NCBI GenBank assembly: GCA_009914755.4
Contig: CP068257.2
Location: forward strand, 1,888,001 to 1,952,000
Origin: the human T2T-CHM13v2.0 reference genome, Homo sapiens
Direction of reading: 5' to 3'
Length of the DNA: 64,000 nucleotides
This document shows positions 1-16,900 of this stretch, piece after piece. Position 1 is the stretch's first letter. Every line of letters begins with the position of its first letter. The notes under the pieces are model-generated. The model worked only from the letters and a program-made list of their open reading frames with translations. It did not search any database and was not told the origin of the DNA. The position numbers and the translations under genes are program-made.

Positions 1-3000
1 AAATTACATCAAATATATATTATATTAGGTACATAAAATATGAAAGTATATCAAATATAGATTATATACTGTACATAAAATATCAAAGTACCCCAAATAT
101 ATATTATATACTCTACATGAAATATCAAAGTTCACAAACCATATATTATATACTGTACATAAAATAAAGTACCCAAGGTATATATTCTATACTGTAGAAA
201 AGATATCAAAGTACCCAAAGCATGTATTATATACTGTATATAAAATATGAAAGTACATCAAATATATATTTTATTCTGTACATAAAATCTCAAAGTACAC
301 CAGATATATATTCTATAGTGTACATAAAATAACAAAGTACAAAAACTATAAATTATATACTGTACATAAAATATGAAATTACATCAACTATATATTAGGT
401 ACATAAAATATGAAAGTACATCAAATATAGATTATATACTGTACATAAAATATCAATGTACCCCAAATATATATTTTATACTCTGCATGAAATATCAAAG
501 ATCACAAACCATATATTATATACTGTATATAAAATATCAAAGTACCCAAGGTATATATTCTATACTATACAAAAAATATCAAAGTACCCAAAGCATGTAT
601 TATATACTGTACATAAAATATAAAAGTACATCAAATATATATTTTATTCTGTACATAAAATATCAAAGTACACCAGATATATATTCTATAGTGTACATAA
701 AATATCAAAGTACCCAAACTATACATTATATACTGTACATAAAATATGAAATTACATCAAATATATTTTATATTAGGAACATAAAATATGAAAGTACATC
801 AAATATAGATTATATACTGTACATAAAATATCAAAGTACCCCAAGTATATATTATATACTCTACAGGAAATATCAAAGTTCATACACTATATATTATATA
901 CTGTACATAAAATATCAAAGTACCGAAGGTATATATTCTATACTGTACAAAAAATATCAAAGTACCCAAAGCATGTATTATATTCTGTATATAAAATATG
1001 AAAGTACATCAAATATATATTTTATTCTGTACATAAAATATCAAAGTACACCAGATATATATTCTATAGTGTACATAAAATAACAAAGTACACAAACTAT
1101 AAATTATATACTGTACATAAAATATGAGATTACATCAAATATATATTATATTAGGTACATAAAATATGAAAGTACATCAAATATAGATTATATACTGTAC
1201 ATAAAATATCAAAGTACCCCAAATATATATTATATACTCTACATGAAATATCAAAGTTCACAAACTATATATTATATACTGTACATAAAATATCAAAATA
1301 CCCAAGGTATATATTCTATACTGTACAAAAAATATCAAAGTACCCAAAGCATGTATTATATACTGTACATAAAATATGAAAGTACATCAAATATATATTT
1401 TATTCTGTACATAAAATATCAAAGTACACCAGATATATATTCTATAGTGTAAATAAAATAACAAAGTACACAACTATACATTATATACTGTACAGAAAAT
1501 ATGAAATTACATCAAATATATATTAGGTACATAAAATATGAAAGTACATCAAATATAGATTATATACTGTACATAAAATATCAAAGTACCCCAAATATAT
1601 ATTATATACTCTACATGAAATATCAAAGTTCACAAACTATATTTTATATACTGTACATAAAATATCAAAGTACCCAAGGTATATATTCTATACTGTACAA
1701 AAAATATCAAAGTACCCAAAGCATGTATTATATACTGTATATAAAATATGAAAGTACATCAAATATATATTTTATTCTGTACATAAAATATCAAAGTACA
1801 CCAGATATATATTCTATAGTGTACATAAAATAACAAAGTACACAAACTATAAATTATATACTGTACATAAAATATGAAATTACATCAAACATATATTAGG
1901 TACATAAAATATGAAAGTACATCAAATATAGATTATATACTGTACATATAATATCAATGTACCCGAAATATATATTTTATACTCTACATGAAATATCAAA
2001 GTTCACAAACCATATATTATATACTGTACATAAAATATCAAAGTACCCAAGGTATATATTCTATACTGTACAAAAAATATCAAAGTACCCAAAGCATGTA
2101 TTATATACTGTACATAAAATATGAAATTACATCAAATATATATTTTATTCTGTACATAAAATATCAAAGTACACCAGATATATATTCTATAGTGTACATA
2201 AAATATCAAAGTACCCTAACTATACATTATATACTGTACATAAAATATGAAATTACATCAAATATAGACTATATACTGTACATTAAATACCAAAGTACCA
2301 CAAATATATATTTTATACTGTACATGAAATATCAAAGTACACACACTATATATTATATACTGTACATAAAATATCAAAATACCCAACTTATATATTCTAT
2401 ACTGTACAAAAAACATCAAAGTACCCAAAGCATGTATTATATACTGTACATAAAATATGAAAGTACATCAAATATATCTTTTATTCTGTACATAATATAT
2501 CAAAGTACACCAGATATATATTCTATAGTGTACATAAAATAACAAAGTACAAAAAATATAAATTCTATACTGTACCTAAAATATGAAATTACATCAAACA
2601 CATATTAGGTACATAAAATATGAAAGTACATCAAATATAGATTATATACTGTACATAAAATATCAATGTACCCCAAATATATATTTTATACTCTACATGA
2701 AATATCAAATTTCACAAAACATATATTATATACTGTACATAAAATATCAAAGTACCCAAGGTATATATTCTATACTGTACAAAAAATATCAAAGTACCCA
2801 AAGCATGTATTTTATACTGTACATAAAATATGAAAGTACATCAAATATATATTTTATTCTGTACATAAAATATCAAAGTACACCAGATATATATTCTATA
2901 GTGTACATAAAATATCAAAGTACCCAAACTATACATTATATACTATACATAAAATATGAAATTACATCAAATATATATTATATTAGGTACATAAAATACG

Positions 3001-6000
3001 AAAGTACATCAAATATAGATTATATACTCTACATTAAATACCAAAGTACCCCAAATATATATTTTATGCTGTACATGAAATATCAAAGTTCACAAACTAT
3101 ATATTATATACTGTACATAAAATATCAAAGTACCCAACGTATATATTCTATACTGTACAAAAAATATCAAAGTACCCAAAGCATGTATTATATACTGTAC
3201 CTAAAATATGAAAGTACATCAAATATATATTTTATTCTGTACATAAAATATCAAAGTACACCAGATATATATTCTATAGTGTACATAAAATATCAAAGTA
3301 CCCAAACTATACATTATATACTGTACATAAAATATGAAATTACATCAAATATATATTATATTAGGTACATAAAATATGAAAGTATATCAAATATAGATTA
3401 TATACTGTACATAAAATATCAAAGTACCCCAAATATATATTATATACTCTACATGAAATATCAAAGTTCACAAACCATATATTATATACTGTACATAAAA
3501 TAAAGTACCCAAGGTATATATTCTATACTGTAGAAAAAATATCAAAGTACCCAAAGCATGTATTATATACTGTATATAAAATATGAAAGTACATCAAATA
3601 TATATTTTATTCTGTACATAAAATCTCAAAGTACACCAGATATATATTCTATAGTGTACATAAAATAACAAAGTACAAAAACTATAAATTATATACTGTA
3701 CATAAAATATGAAATTACATCAACTATATATTAGGTACATAAAATATGAAAGTACACCAAATATAGATTATATACTGTACATAAAATATCAATGTACCCC
3801 AAATATATATTTTATACTCTGCATGAAATATCAAAGATCACAAACCATATATTATATACTGTATATAGAATATCAAAGTACCCAAGGTATATATTCTATA
3901 CTGTACAAAAAATAACAAAGTACCAAAAGCATGTATTATATACTGTACATAAAATATGAAAGTACATCAAATATAGATTTTATTCTGTTCATAAATTATC
4001 AAAGTACAACAGATATATATTCTATAGTGTACATAAAATATCAAAGTACCCAAACTATACATTATATACTGTACATAAAACATGAAATTACATAAAATAT
4101 ATATTATATTAGGTACATAAAATATTAAAGTACATCAAATATAGATTATATACTGTACATTAAATAGCAAAGTACCCCAAATATATATTTTATACTGTCC
4201 CTGAAATATCAAAGTTCACAAACTATATATTATATACTATACATAAAATATCAAAGTACCCAAGGTATATATTCTATACTGTACAAAAAATATCAAAGTA
4301 CCCAAAGCACGTATTATATACTGTACATAAAATATGAAAGTACATCAAATATATATTTTCTTCTGTACATAGAATATCAAAGTACACCAGATATATATTC
4401 TATAGTGTACATAAAATATCAAAGTACCCAAACTATACATTATATACTGTACATAAAATATGAAATTACATCAAATTTATATTAGGTACATAAAATATGA
4501 AAGTACATCAAATATAGATTATATACTGTACATAAAATATCAAAGTACCCCAAATATATATTATATACTCTACATGAAATATCAAAGTTCACAAACTATA
4601 TATTATATACTGCACATAAAATATCAAAGTATCCAAGGTATGTATTCTATACTGTACAAAAAATATCAAAGTACCCAAAGCATGTATTATATACTGTATA
4701 TAAAATATGAAAGTACATCAAATATATATTTTATTCTGTACATAAAATATCAAAGTACACCAGATATATATTCTATAGTGTACATAAAATATCAAAGTAC
4801 CCAAACTATACATTATATACTGTACATAAAATATGAAATTACATCAAATATATATTATATTAGGTACATAAAATATGAAAGTACATCAAATATAGACTAT
4901 ATACTGTACATTAAATACCAAAGTACCACAAATATATATTTTATACTGTACATGAAATATCAAAGTACACACACTATATATTATATACTGTACATAAAAT
5001 ATCAAAGTACCCAACTTATATATTCTATACTGTACAAAAAACATCAAAGTACCTAAAGCATGTATTATATACTGTACATAAAATATGAAAGTACATCAAA
5101 TATATCTTTTATTCTGTACATAATATATCAAAGTACACCAGATATATATTCTATAGTGTACATAAAATAACAAAGTACAAAAAATATAAATTCTATACTG
5201 TACCTAAAATATGAAATTACATCAAACACATATTAGGTACATAAAATATGAAAGTACATCAAACATAGATTATATACTGTACATAAAATATCAATGTACC
5301 CCAAATATATATTTTATAATCTACATGAAATATCAAATTTCACAAAACATATATTATATACTGTACATAAAATATCAAAGTATCCATGGTATATATTCTA
5401 TACTGTACAAAAAATATCAAAGTACCCAAAGCATGTATTTTATACTGTACATAAAATATGAAAGTACATCAAATATATATTTTATTCTGTACATGAAATA
5501 TCAAACTACCCAAAACATGTATTATATACTGTACATAAAATATGAAAGTACATCAAATATATATTTTATTCTGTACATAAAATATTAAAGTACACCAGAT
5601 ATATATTCTATAGTGTACATAAAATAACAAAGTACACAAACTATAAATTATATACTGTACATAAAATATGAAATTACATCAAATATATATTAGGTACATA
5701 AAATATGAAAGTACATCAAACATAGATTATATACTGTACATAAAATTTCAATGTACCCCAAATATATATTTTATACTCTACATGAAATATCAAAGTTCAC
5801 AAACAATATATTATATACTGTACATAAAATATCAAAGTACCCAAGGTATATATTCTATACTATACAAAAAATATCAAAGTACCCAAAGCATGTATTATAT
5901 ACTGTACCTAAAATATGAAAGTACATCAAATATATATTTTATTCTGTACATAAAATATCAAAGTACACCAGATATATATTCTATAGTGTACATAAAATAT

Positions 6001-7162
6001 CAAAGTACCCAAACTATACATTATATACTGTACATAAAATATGAAATTACATCAAATATATTTTATATTAGGTACATAAAATATGAAGGTACATCAAATA
6101 TAGATTATATACTGTACATTAAATACCAAAGTACCCCAAATATATATTTTATACTGTACATGAAATATCAAAGTTCACAAACTATATATTATATACTGTA
6201 CATATAATATCAAAGTACCCAAGGTATATATTCTATACTGTACAAAAAATAACAAAGTACCAAAAGCATGTATAATACACTGTACATAAAATATGAAAGT
6301 ACATCAAATATATATTTTATTCTGTACATAAAATATCAAAGTACACCAGATATATATTCTATAGTGTACATAAAATATCAAAGTACCCAAACTATACATT
6401 ATATACTGTAAATAAAATATGAAATTACATCAAATATATTTTATATTAGGTACACAAAATATGAAAGTACATCAAATATAGATTATATACTGTACATTAA
6501 ATACCAAAGTACCCCAAATATATATTTTATACTGTACATGAAATATCAAAGTTCACAAACTATATATTATATGCTGTTCATAATATATCAAAGTCCCCAA
6601 GGTATATATTCTATACTGTACAAAAAATATCAAAGTACCCAAAGCATGTATAATACACTGTACATAAAATATGAAAGTACATCAAATATATATTTTATTC
6701 TGTACATAAAATATCAAAGTACACCAGATATATATTCTATAGTGTGCATAAAATATCAAAGTACCCAAACTATACATTATATACTGTAAATAAAATATGA
6801 AATTACATCAAATATATTTTATATTAGGTACACAAAATATGAAAGTACATCAAATATAGATTATATACTGTACATTAAATACCAAAGTACCCCAAATATA
6901 TATTTTATACTGTACATGAAATATCAAAGTTCACAAACTATATATTATATACTGTTCATAAAATATCAAAGTCCCCAAGGTATATATTCTATACTGTACA
7001 AAAAATATCAAAGTACCCAAAGCATGTATTATATACTGTAAATAAAATATGAAAGTACATCAAATATATATTTTATTCTGTACATAATATATCAAAGTAC
7101 ACCAGATATATATTCTATAGTGTACATAAAATAACAAAGTACACAAACTATACATTATATAC

Positions 7163-7535
7163 TGTACATAAAATATGAAATTACATCAAATATATATTAG
7201 GTACATAAAATATGAAAGTACATCAAATATAGATTATATACTGTACATAAAATATCAATGTACCCCAAATATATATTTTATACTATACATGAAATATCAA
7301 AGTTCACAAACCATATATTGTATACTGCACATAAAATATCAAAGTACCCAAGGTATATGTCCTATACTGTACAAAAAATATCAAAGTACCCAAAGCATGT
7401 ATTATATACTGTACCTAAAATATGAAAGTACATCAAATATATATTTTATTCCGTACATAAAATATCAAAGTACACCAGATATATATTCTATAGTGTACAT
7501 AAAATATGAAAGTACACAAACTATACATTATATAC
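7163..7535. repeat. Representative beta-type HOR unit (373 bp, 9 monomers): M1 has the short 39-bp form ending ...atatattagg, and the preceding M9 carries aaaataacaaagtac (TAA)
   Basis: Counted from TGTACA at 7163 to the next M1 TGTACA at 7536; monomer lengths are 39+40+7x42. Confidence 0.8.
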
Positions 7536-7913
7536 TGTACATAATATATGAAATTACATCAAATATATATTATATAAGGTACATAAAATATGAAAGTACA
7601 TCAAATATAGATTATATACTGTACATTAAATACCAAAGAACAACAAATATATATTATATACTCTACATGAAATATCAAAGTTCACAAACTATATATTATA
7701 TACTGTACATAAAATATCAAAGTACCCAAGGTATATATTCTATACTGTACAAAAAATATCAAAGTACCCAAAGCATGTATTATATACTGTATATAAAATA
7801 TGAAAGTACATCAAATATATATTTTATTCTGTACATAAAATGTCAAAGTACACCAGATATATATTCTATAGTGTACATAAAATAACAAAGTACAAAAACT
7901 ATAAATTATATAC
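7536..7913. repeat. Representative alpha-type HOR unit (378 bp, 9 monomers): M1 has the long 44-bp form ...atatattatataagg
   Basis: Counted from TGTACA at 7536 to the next M1 TGTACA at 7914; 378 = 3x126, so the reading frame is preserved across alpha units. Confidence 0.8.
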
Positions 7914-10900
7914 TGTACATAAAATATGAAATTACATCAAATATATATTAGGCACATAAAATATGAAAGCACATCAAATATAGATTATATACTGTACATA
8001 AAATATCAAAGTACCCCAAATATATATTATATACTCTACATGAAATATCAAAGTTCACAAACTATATATTATATACTGTACATAAAATATCAAAGTACCC
8101 AAGGTATATATTCTATAATGTACAAAAAATATCAAAGTACCCAAAGCGTGTATTATATACTGTATATAAAATATGAAATTACATCAAATATATATTTTAT
8201 TCTGTACATAAAATATCAAAGTACACCAGATATATATTCTGTAGTGTACATAAAATATCAAAGTACCCAAACTATACATTATATACTGTACATAAAATAT
8301 GAAATTACATCAAATATATATTATATTAGGTACATAAAATATGAAAGTACATCAAATATAGATTATATACTGTACATTAAATACCAAAGTACCCCAAATA
8401 TATATTTTATACTGTACATGAAATATCAAAGTTCACAAACTATATATTATATACTGTACATAAAATATCAAAGTACCCAAGGTATATATTCTATACTGTA
8501 CAAAAAATATCAAAGTACCCAAAGCATGTATTATATACTGTACCTAAAATATGAAAGTACATCAAATATATATTTTATTCTGTACATAAAATATCAAAGT
8601 ACACCAGATATATATTCTATAGTGTACATAAAATATCAAAGTACCCAAACTATACATTATATACTCTATATAAAATATGAGATTACATCAAATATATATT
8701 ATATTAGGTACATAAAATATGAAAGTACATCAAATATAGACTATATACTGTACATTAAATACCAAAGTACCACAAATATATATTTTATACTGTACATGAA
8801 ATATCAAAGTACACACACTATATATTATATACTGTACATAAAATATCAAAGTACCCAACTTATATATTCTATACTGTACAAAAAACATCAAAGTACCCAA
8901 AGCATGTATTATATACTGTACATAAAATATGAAAGTACATCAAATATATCTTTTATTCTGTACATAATATATCAAAGTACACCAGATATATATTCTATAG
9001 TGTACATAAAATAACAAAGTACAAAAAATATAAATTCTATACTGTACCTAAAATATGAAATTACATCAAACACATATTAGGTACATAAAATATGAAAGTA
9101 CATGAAATATAGATTATATACTGTACATAAAATATCAATGTACCCCAAATATATATTTTATACTCTACATGAAATATGAAATTTCACAAACTATATATTA
9201 TATACTGTACATAAAATATCAAAGTACCCAAGGTATATATTCTATACTGTACAAAAAATATCAAAGTACCCAAAGCATGTATTTTATACTGTACATAAAA
9301 TATGAAAGTACATCAAATATATATTTTATTCTGTACATGAAATATCAAACTACCCAAAACATGTATTATATACTGTACATAAAATATCAAAGTATCCATG
9401 GTATATATTCTATACTGTACATGAAATATCAAAGTTCAAAAACTATATATTATATACTGTACATAAAATATCAAAGTACCCATGGTATATATTCTATACT
9501 GTACAAAAAATACCAAAGTACCCAAAGCATGTATTATATACTGTACATAAAATATGAAAGTACATCAAATATATATTTTATTCTGTACATAAAATATTAA
9601 AGTACACCAGATATATATTCTATAGTGTACATAAAATAACAAAGTACACAAACTATAAATTATATACTGTACATAAAATATGAAATTACATCAAATATAT
9701 ATTAGGTACATAAAATATGAAAGTACATCAAACATAGATTATATACTGTACATAAAATTTCAATGTACCCCAAATATATATTTTATACTCTACATGAAAT
9801 ATCAAAGTTCACAAACCATATATTATATACTGTACATAAAATATCAAAGTACCCAAGGTATATATTCTATACTATACAAAAAATATCAAAGTACCCAAAG
9901 CATGTATTATATACTGTACCTAAAATATGAAAGTACATCAAATATATATTTTATTCTGTACATAAAATATCAAAGTACACCAGATATATATTCTATAGTG
10001 TACATAAAATATCAAAGTACCCAAACTATACATCATATACTGTACATAAAATATGAAATTACATCAAATATATTTTATATTAGGTACATAAAATATGAAG
10101 GTACATCAAATATAGATTATATACTGTACATTAAATACCAAAGTACCCCAAATATATATTTTATACTGTACATGAAATATCAAAGTTCACAAACTATATA
10201 TTATATACTGTACATATAATATCAAAGTACCCAAGGTATATATTCTATACTGTACAAAAAATAACAAAGTACCAAAAGCATGTATAATACACTGTACATA
10301 AAATATGAAAGTACATCAAATATATATTTTATTCTGTACATAAAATATCAAAGTACACCAGATATATATTCTATAGTGTACATAAAATATCAAAGTACCC
10401 AAACTATACATTATATACTGTAAATAAAATATGAAATTACATCAAATATATTTTATATTAGGTACACAAAATATGAAAGTACATCAAATATAGATTATAT
10501 ACTGTACATTAAATACCAAAGTACCCCAAATATATATTTTATACTGTACATGAAATATCAAAGTTCACAAACTATATATTATATGCTGTTCATAATATAT
10601 CAAAGTCCCCAAGGTATATATTCTATACTGTACAAAAAATATCAAAGTACCCAAAGCATGTATAATACACTGTACATAAAATATGAAAGTACATCAAATA
10701 TATATTTTATTCTGTACATAAAATATCAAAGTACACCAGATATATATTCTATAGTGTGCATAAAATATCAAAGTACCCAAACTATACATTATATACTGTA
10801 AATAAAATATGAAATTACATCAAATATATTTTATATTAGGTACACAAAATATGAAAGTACATCAAATATAGATTATATACTGTACATTAAATACCAAAGT

Positions 10901-13900
10901 ACCCCAAATATATATTTTATACTGTACATGAAATATCAAAGTTCACAAACTATATATTATATACTGTTCATAAAATATCAAAGTCCCCAAGGTATATATT
11001 CTATACTGTACAAAAAATATCAAAGTACCCAAAGCATGTATTATATACTGTAAATAAAATATGAAAGTACATCAAATATATATTTTATTCTGTACATAAT
11101 ATATCAAAGTACACCAGATATATATTCTATAGTGTACATAAAATAACAAAGTACACAAACTATACATTATATACTGTACATAAAATATGAAATTACATCA
11201 AATATATATTAGGTACATAAAATATGAAAGTACATCAAATATAGATTATATACTGTACATAAAATATCAATGTACCCCAAATATATATTTTATACTATAC
11301 ATGAAATATCAAAGTTCACAAACCATATATTGTATACTGCACATAAAATATCAAAGTACCCAAGGTATATGTCCTATACTGTACAAAAAATATCAAAGTA
11401 CCCAAAGCATGTATTATATACTGTACCTAAAATATGAAAGTACATCAAATATATATTTTATTCCGTACATAAAATATCAAAGTACACCAGATATATATTC
11501 TATAGTGTACATAAAATATGAAAGTACACAAACTATACATTATATACTGTACATAATATATGAAATTACATCAAATATATATTATATAAGGTACATAAAA
11601 TATGAAAGTACATCAAATATAGATTATATACTGTACATTAAATACCAAAGAACAACAAATATATATTATATACTCTACATGAAATATCAAAGTTCACAAA
11701 CTATATATTATATACTGTACATAAAATATCAAAGTACCCAAGGTATATATTCTATACTGTACAAAAAATATCAAAGTACCCAAAGCATGTATTATATACT
11801 GTATATAAAATATGAAAGTACATCAAATATATATTTTATTCTGTACATAAAATATCAAAGTACACCAGATATATATTCTATAGTGTACATAAAATAACAA
11901 AGTACAAAAACTATAAATTATATACTGTACATAAAATATGAAATTACATCAAATATATATTAGGCACATAAAATATGAAAGTACATCAAATATAGATTAT
12001 ATACTGTACATAAAATATCAAAGTACCCCAAATATATATTATATACTCTACATGAAATATCAAAGTTCACAAACTATATATTATATACTGTACATAAAAT
12101 ATCAAAGTACCCAAGGTATATATTCTATAATGTACAAAAAATATCAAAGTACCCAAAGCGTGTATTATATACTGTATATAAAATATGAAATTACATCAAA
12201 TATATATTTTATTCTGTACATAAAATATCAAAGTACACCAGATATATATTCTGTAGTGTACATAAAATATCAAAGTACCCAAACTATACATTATATACTG
12301 TACATAAAATATGAAATTACATCAAATATATATTATATTAGGTACATAAAATATGAAAGTACATCAAATATAGATTATATACTGTACATTAAATACCAAA
12401 GTACCCCAAATATATATTTTATACTGTACATGAAATATCAAAGTTCACAAACTATATATTATATACTGTACATAAAATATCAAAGTACCCAAGGTATATA
12501 TTCTATACTGTACAAAAAATATCAAAGTACCCAAAGCATGTATTATATACTGTACCTAAAATATGAAAGTACATCAAATATATATTTTATTCTGTACATA
12601 AAATATCAAAGTACACCAGATATATATTCTATAGTGTACATAAAATATCAAAGTACCCAAACTATACATTATATACTGTACATAAAATATGAAATTACAT
12701 CAAACATATATTATATTAGGTACATAAAATATGAAAGTACATCAAATATAGATTATACACTGTACATAAAATATCAAAGTACCCCAAATATATATTTTAT
12801 ACTGTACATGAAATATCAAAGTTCACAAACTATATATTATATACTGTACATAAAATAAAGTCCCCAAGGTATATATTCTATACTGTACAAAAATATCAAA
12901 GTACCCAAAGCATGTATTATATACACTACATAAAATATGAAATTACATCAAATATATATTTTATTCTGTACATAAAATATCAAAGTACACCAGATATATA
13001 TTCTATAGTGTACATAAAATAACAAAGTACACAAACTATAAATTATATACTGTACATAAAATATGAAATTACATCAAATATATATTAGGTACATAAAATA
13101 TGAAAGTACATCAAACATAGATTATATACTGTACATAAAATTTCAATGTACCCCAAATATATATTTTATACTCTACATGAAATATCAAAGTTCACAAACC
13201 ATATATTATATACTGTACATAAAATATCAAAGTACCCAAGGTATATATTCTATACTATACAAAAAATATCAAAGTACCCAAAGCATGTATTATATACTGT
13301 ACCTAAAATATGAAAGTACATCAAATATATATTTTATTCTGTACATAAAATATCAAAGTACACCAGATATATATTCTATAGTGTACATAAAATATCAAAG
13401 TACCCAAACTATACATTATATACTGTACATAAAATATGAAATTACATCAAATATATTTTATATTAGGTACATAAAATATGAAGGTACATCAAATATAGAT
13501 TATATACTGTACATTAAATACCAAAGTACCCCAAATATATATTTTATACTGTACATGAAATATCAAAGTTCACAAACTATATATTATATACTGTACATAT
13601 AATATCAAAGTACCCAAGGTATATATTCTATACTGTACAAAAAATAACAAAGTACCAAAAGCATGTATAATACACTGTACATAAAATATGAAAGTACATC
13701 AAATATATATTTTATTCTGTACATAAAATATCAAAGTACACCAGATATATATTCTATAGTGTACATAAAATATCAAAGTACCCAAACTATACATTATATA
13801 CTGTAAATAAAATATGAAATTACATCAAATATATTTTATATTAGGTACACAAAATATGAAAGTACATCAAATATAGATTATATACTGTACATTAAATACC

Positions 13901-16900
13901 AAAGTACCCCAAATATATATTTTATACTGTACATGAAATATCAAAGTTCACAAACTATATATTATATGCTGTTCATAATATATCAAAGTCCCCAAGGTAT
14001 ATATTCTATACTGTACAAAAAATATCAAAGTACCCAAAGCATGTATAATACACTGTACATAAAATATGAAAGTACATCAAATATATATTTTCTTCTGTAC
14101 ATAAAATATCAAAGTACACCAGATATATATTCTATAGTGTGCATAAAATATCAAAGTACCCAAACTATACATTATATACTGTAAATAAAATATGAAATTA
14201 CATCAAATATATTTTATATTAGGTACACAAAATATGAAAGTACATCAAATATAGATTATATACTGTACATTAAATACCAAAGTACCCCAAATATATATTT
14301 TATACTGTACATGAAATATCAAAGTTCACAAACTATATATTATATACTGTTCATAAAATATCAAAGTCCCCAAGGTATATATTCTATACTGTACAAAAAA
14401 TATCAAAGTACCCAAAGCATGTATTATATACTGTAAATAAAATATGAAAGTACATCAAATATATATTTTATTCTGTACATAATATATCAAAGTACACCAG
14501 ATATATATTCTATAGTGTACATAAAATAACAAAGTACACAAACTATACATTATATACTGTACATAAAATATGAAATTACATCAAATATATATTAGGTACA
14601 TAAAATATGAAAGTACATCAAATATAGATTATATACTGTACATAAAATATCAATATACCCCAAATATATATTTTATACTGTACATGAAATATCAAAGTTC
14701 ACAAACTATATATTATATGCTGTTCATAATATATCAAAGTCCCCAAGGTATATATTCTATACTGTACAAAAAATATCAAAGTACCCAAAGCATGTATTAT
14801 ATACTGTACATAAAATATGAAAGTACATCAAATATATATTTTATTCTGTACATAAAATATCAAAGTACACCAGATATATATTCTATAGTGTACATAAAAT
14901 ATCAAAGTACACAAAATATACATTATATACTGTACATAAAATATGAAATTACATCAAATATATATTATATAAAGTACATAAAATATGAAAGTACATCAAA
15001 TATAGATTATATACTGTACATTAAATACCAAAGAACCCCAAATATATATTATATACTCTACATGAAATATCAAAGTTCACAAACTATATATTATATACTG
15101 TACATAAAATATCAAAGTACCCAAGGTATATATTCTATACTGTACAAAAAATATCAAAGTACCCAAAGCATGTATTATATACTGTATATAAAATATGAAA
15201 GTACATCAAATATATATTTTATTCTGTACATAAAATATCAAAGTACACCAGATATATATTCTATAGTGTACATAAAATAACAAAGTACAAAAACTATAAA
15301 TTATATACTGTACATAAAATATGAAATTACATCAAATATATATTAGGCACATAAAATATGAAAGTACATCAAATATAGATTATATACTGTACATAAAATA
15401 TCAAAGTACACCAAATACATATTATATACTCTACATGAAATATCAAAGTTCACAAACTATATATTATATACTGTACATAAAATATCAAAGTACCCAAGGT
15501 ATATATTCTATAATGTACAAAAAATATCAAAGTACCCAAAGCGTGTATTATATACTGTATATAAAATATGAAATTACATCAGATATATATTTTATTCTGT
15601 ACATAAAATATCAAAGTACACCAGATATATATTCTGTAGTGTACATAAAATATCAAAGTACCCAAACTATACATTACATACTGTACATAAAATATGAGAT
15701 TACATCACATATATATTATATTAGGTACATAAAATATGAAAGTACATCAAATATAGATTATATACTGTACATTAAATACCAAAGTACCCCAAATATATAT
15801 TTTATACTGTACATGAAATATCAAAGTTCACAAACTATATATTATATACTGTACATAAAATATCAAAGTACCCAAGGTATATATTCTATACTGTACAAAA
15901 AATATCAAAGTACCCAAAGCATGTATTATATACTGTACCTAAAATATGAAAGTACATCAAATATATATTTTATTCTGTACATAAAATATCAAAGTACACC
16001 AGATATATATTCTATAGTGTACATAAAATAACAAAGTTCAAAAACTATAAATTATAAACTGTACATAAAATATGAAATTACATCAAATATATATTAGGTA
16101 CATAAAATATGAAAGTACATCAAATATAGATTATATACTGTACATAAAATATCAATGTACCCCAAATATATATTTTATACTCTACATGAAATATCAAAGT
16201 TCACAAACCATATATTATATACTGTACATAAAATATCAAAGTGCCCAAGGTATATATTCTATACTATACAGAAAATATCAAAGTGCCCAAAGCATGTATT
16301 ATATACTGTACCTAAAATATGAAAGTACATCAAATATATATTTTATTCTGTACTTAAAATATCAAAGTACACCAGATATATATTCTATAGTGTACATAAA
16401 ATATCAAAGTACCCAAACTATACATTATATACTGTACATAAAATATGAAATTACATCAAATATATATTATATTAGGTACATAAAATATGAAAGTACATCA
16501 AATATAGATTATATACTGTACACTAAATACCAAAGTACCCCAAATATATATTTTATACTGTATATGAAATATCAAAGTTCACAAACTATATATTATATAC
16601 TGTACATAAAATATCAAAGTACCCAAGGTATATATTCTATACTGTACAAAAAATATCAAAGTACCCAAAGCATGTATTATATACTGTACCTAAAATATGA
16701 AAGTACATCAAATATATATTTTATTCTGTACATAAAATATCAAAGTACACCAGATATATATTCTATAGTGTACATAAAATATCAAAGTACCCAAACTATA
16801 CATTATATACTGTACATAAAATATGAAATTACATCAAATATATATTATATTAGGTACATAAAATATGAAAGCACATCAAATATAGATTATACACTGTACA

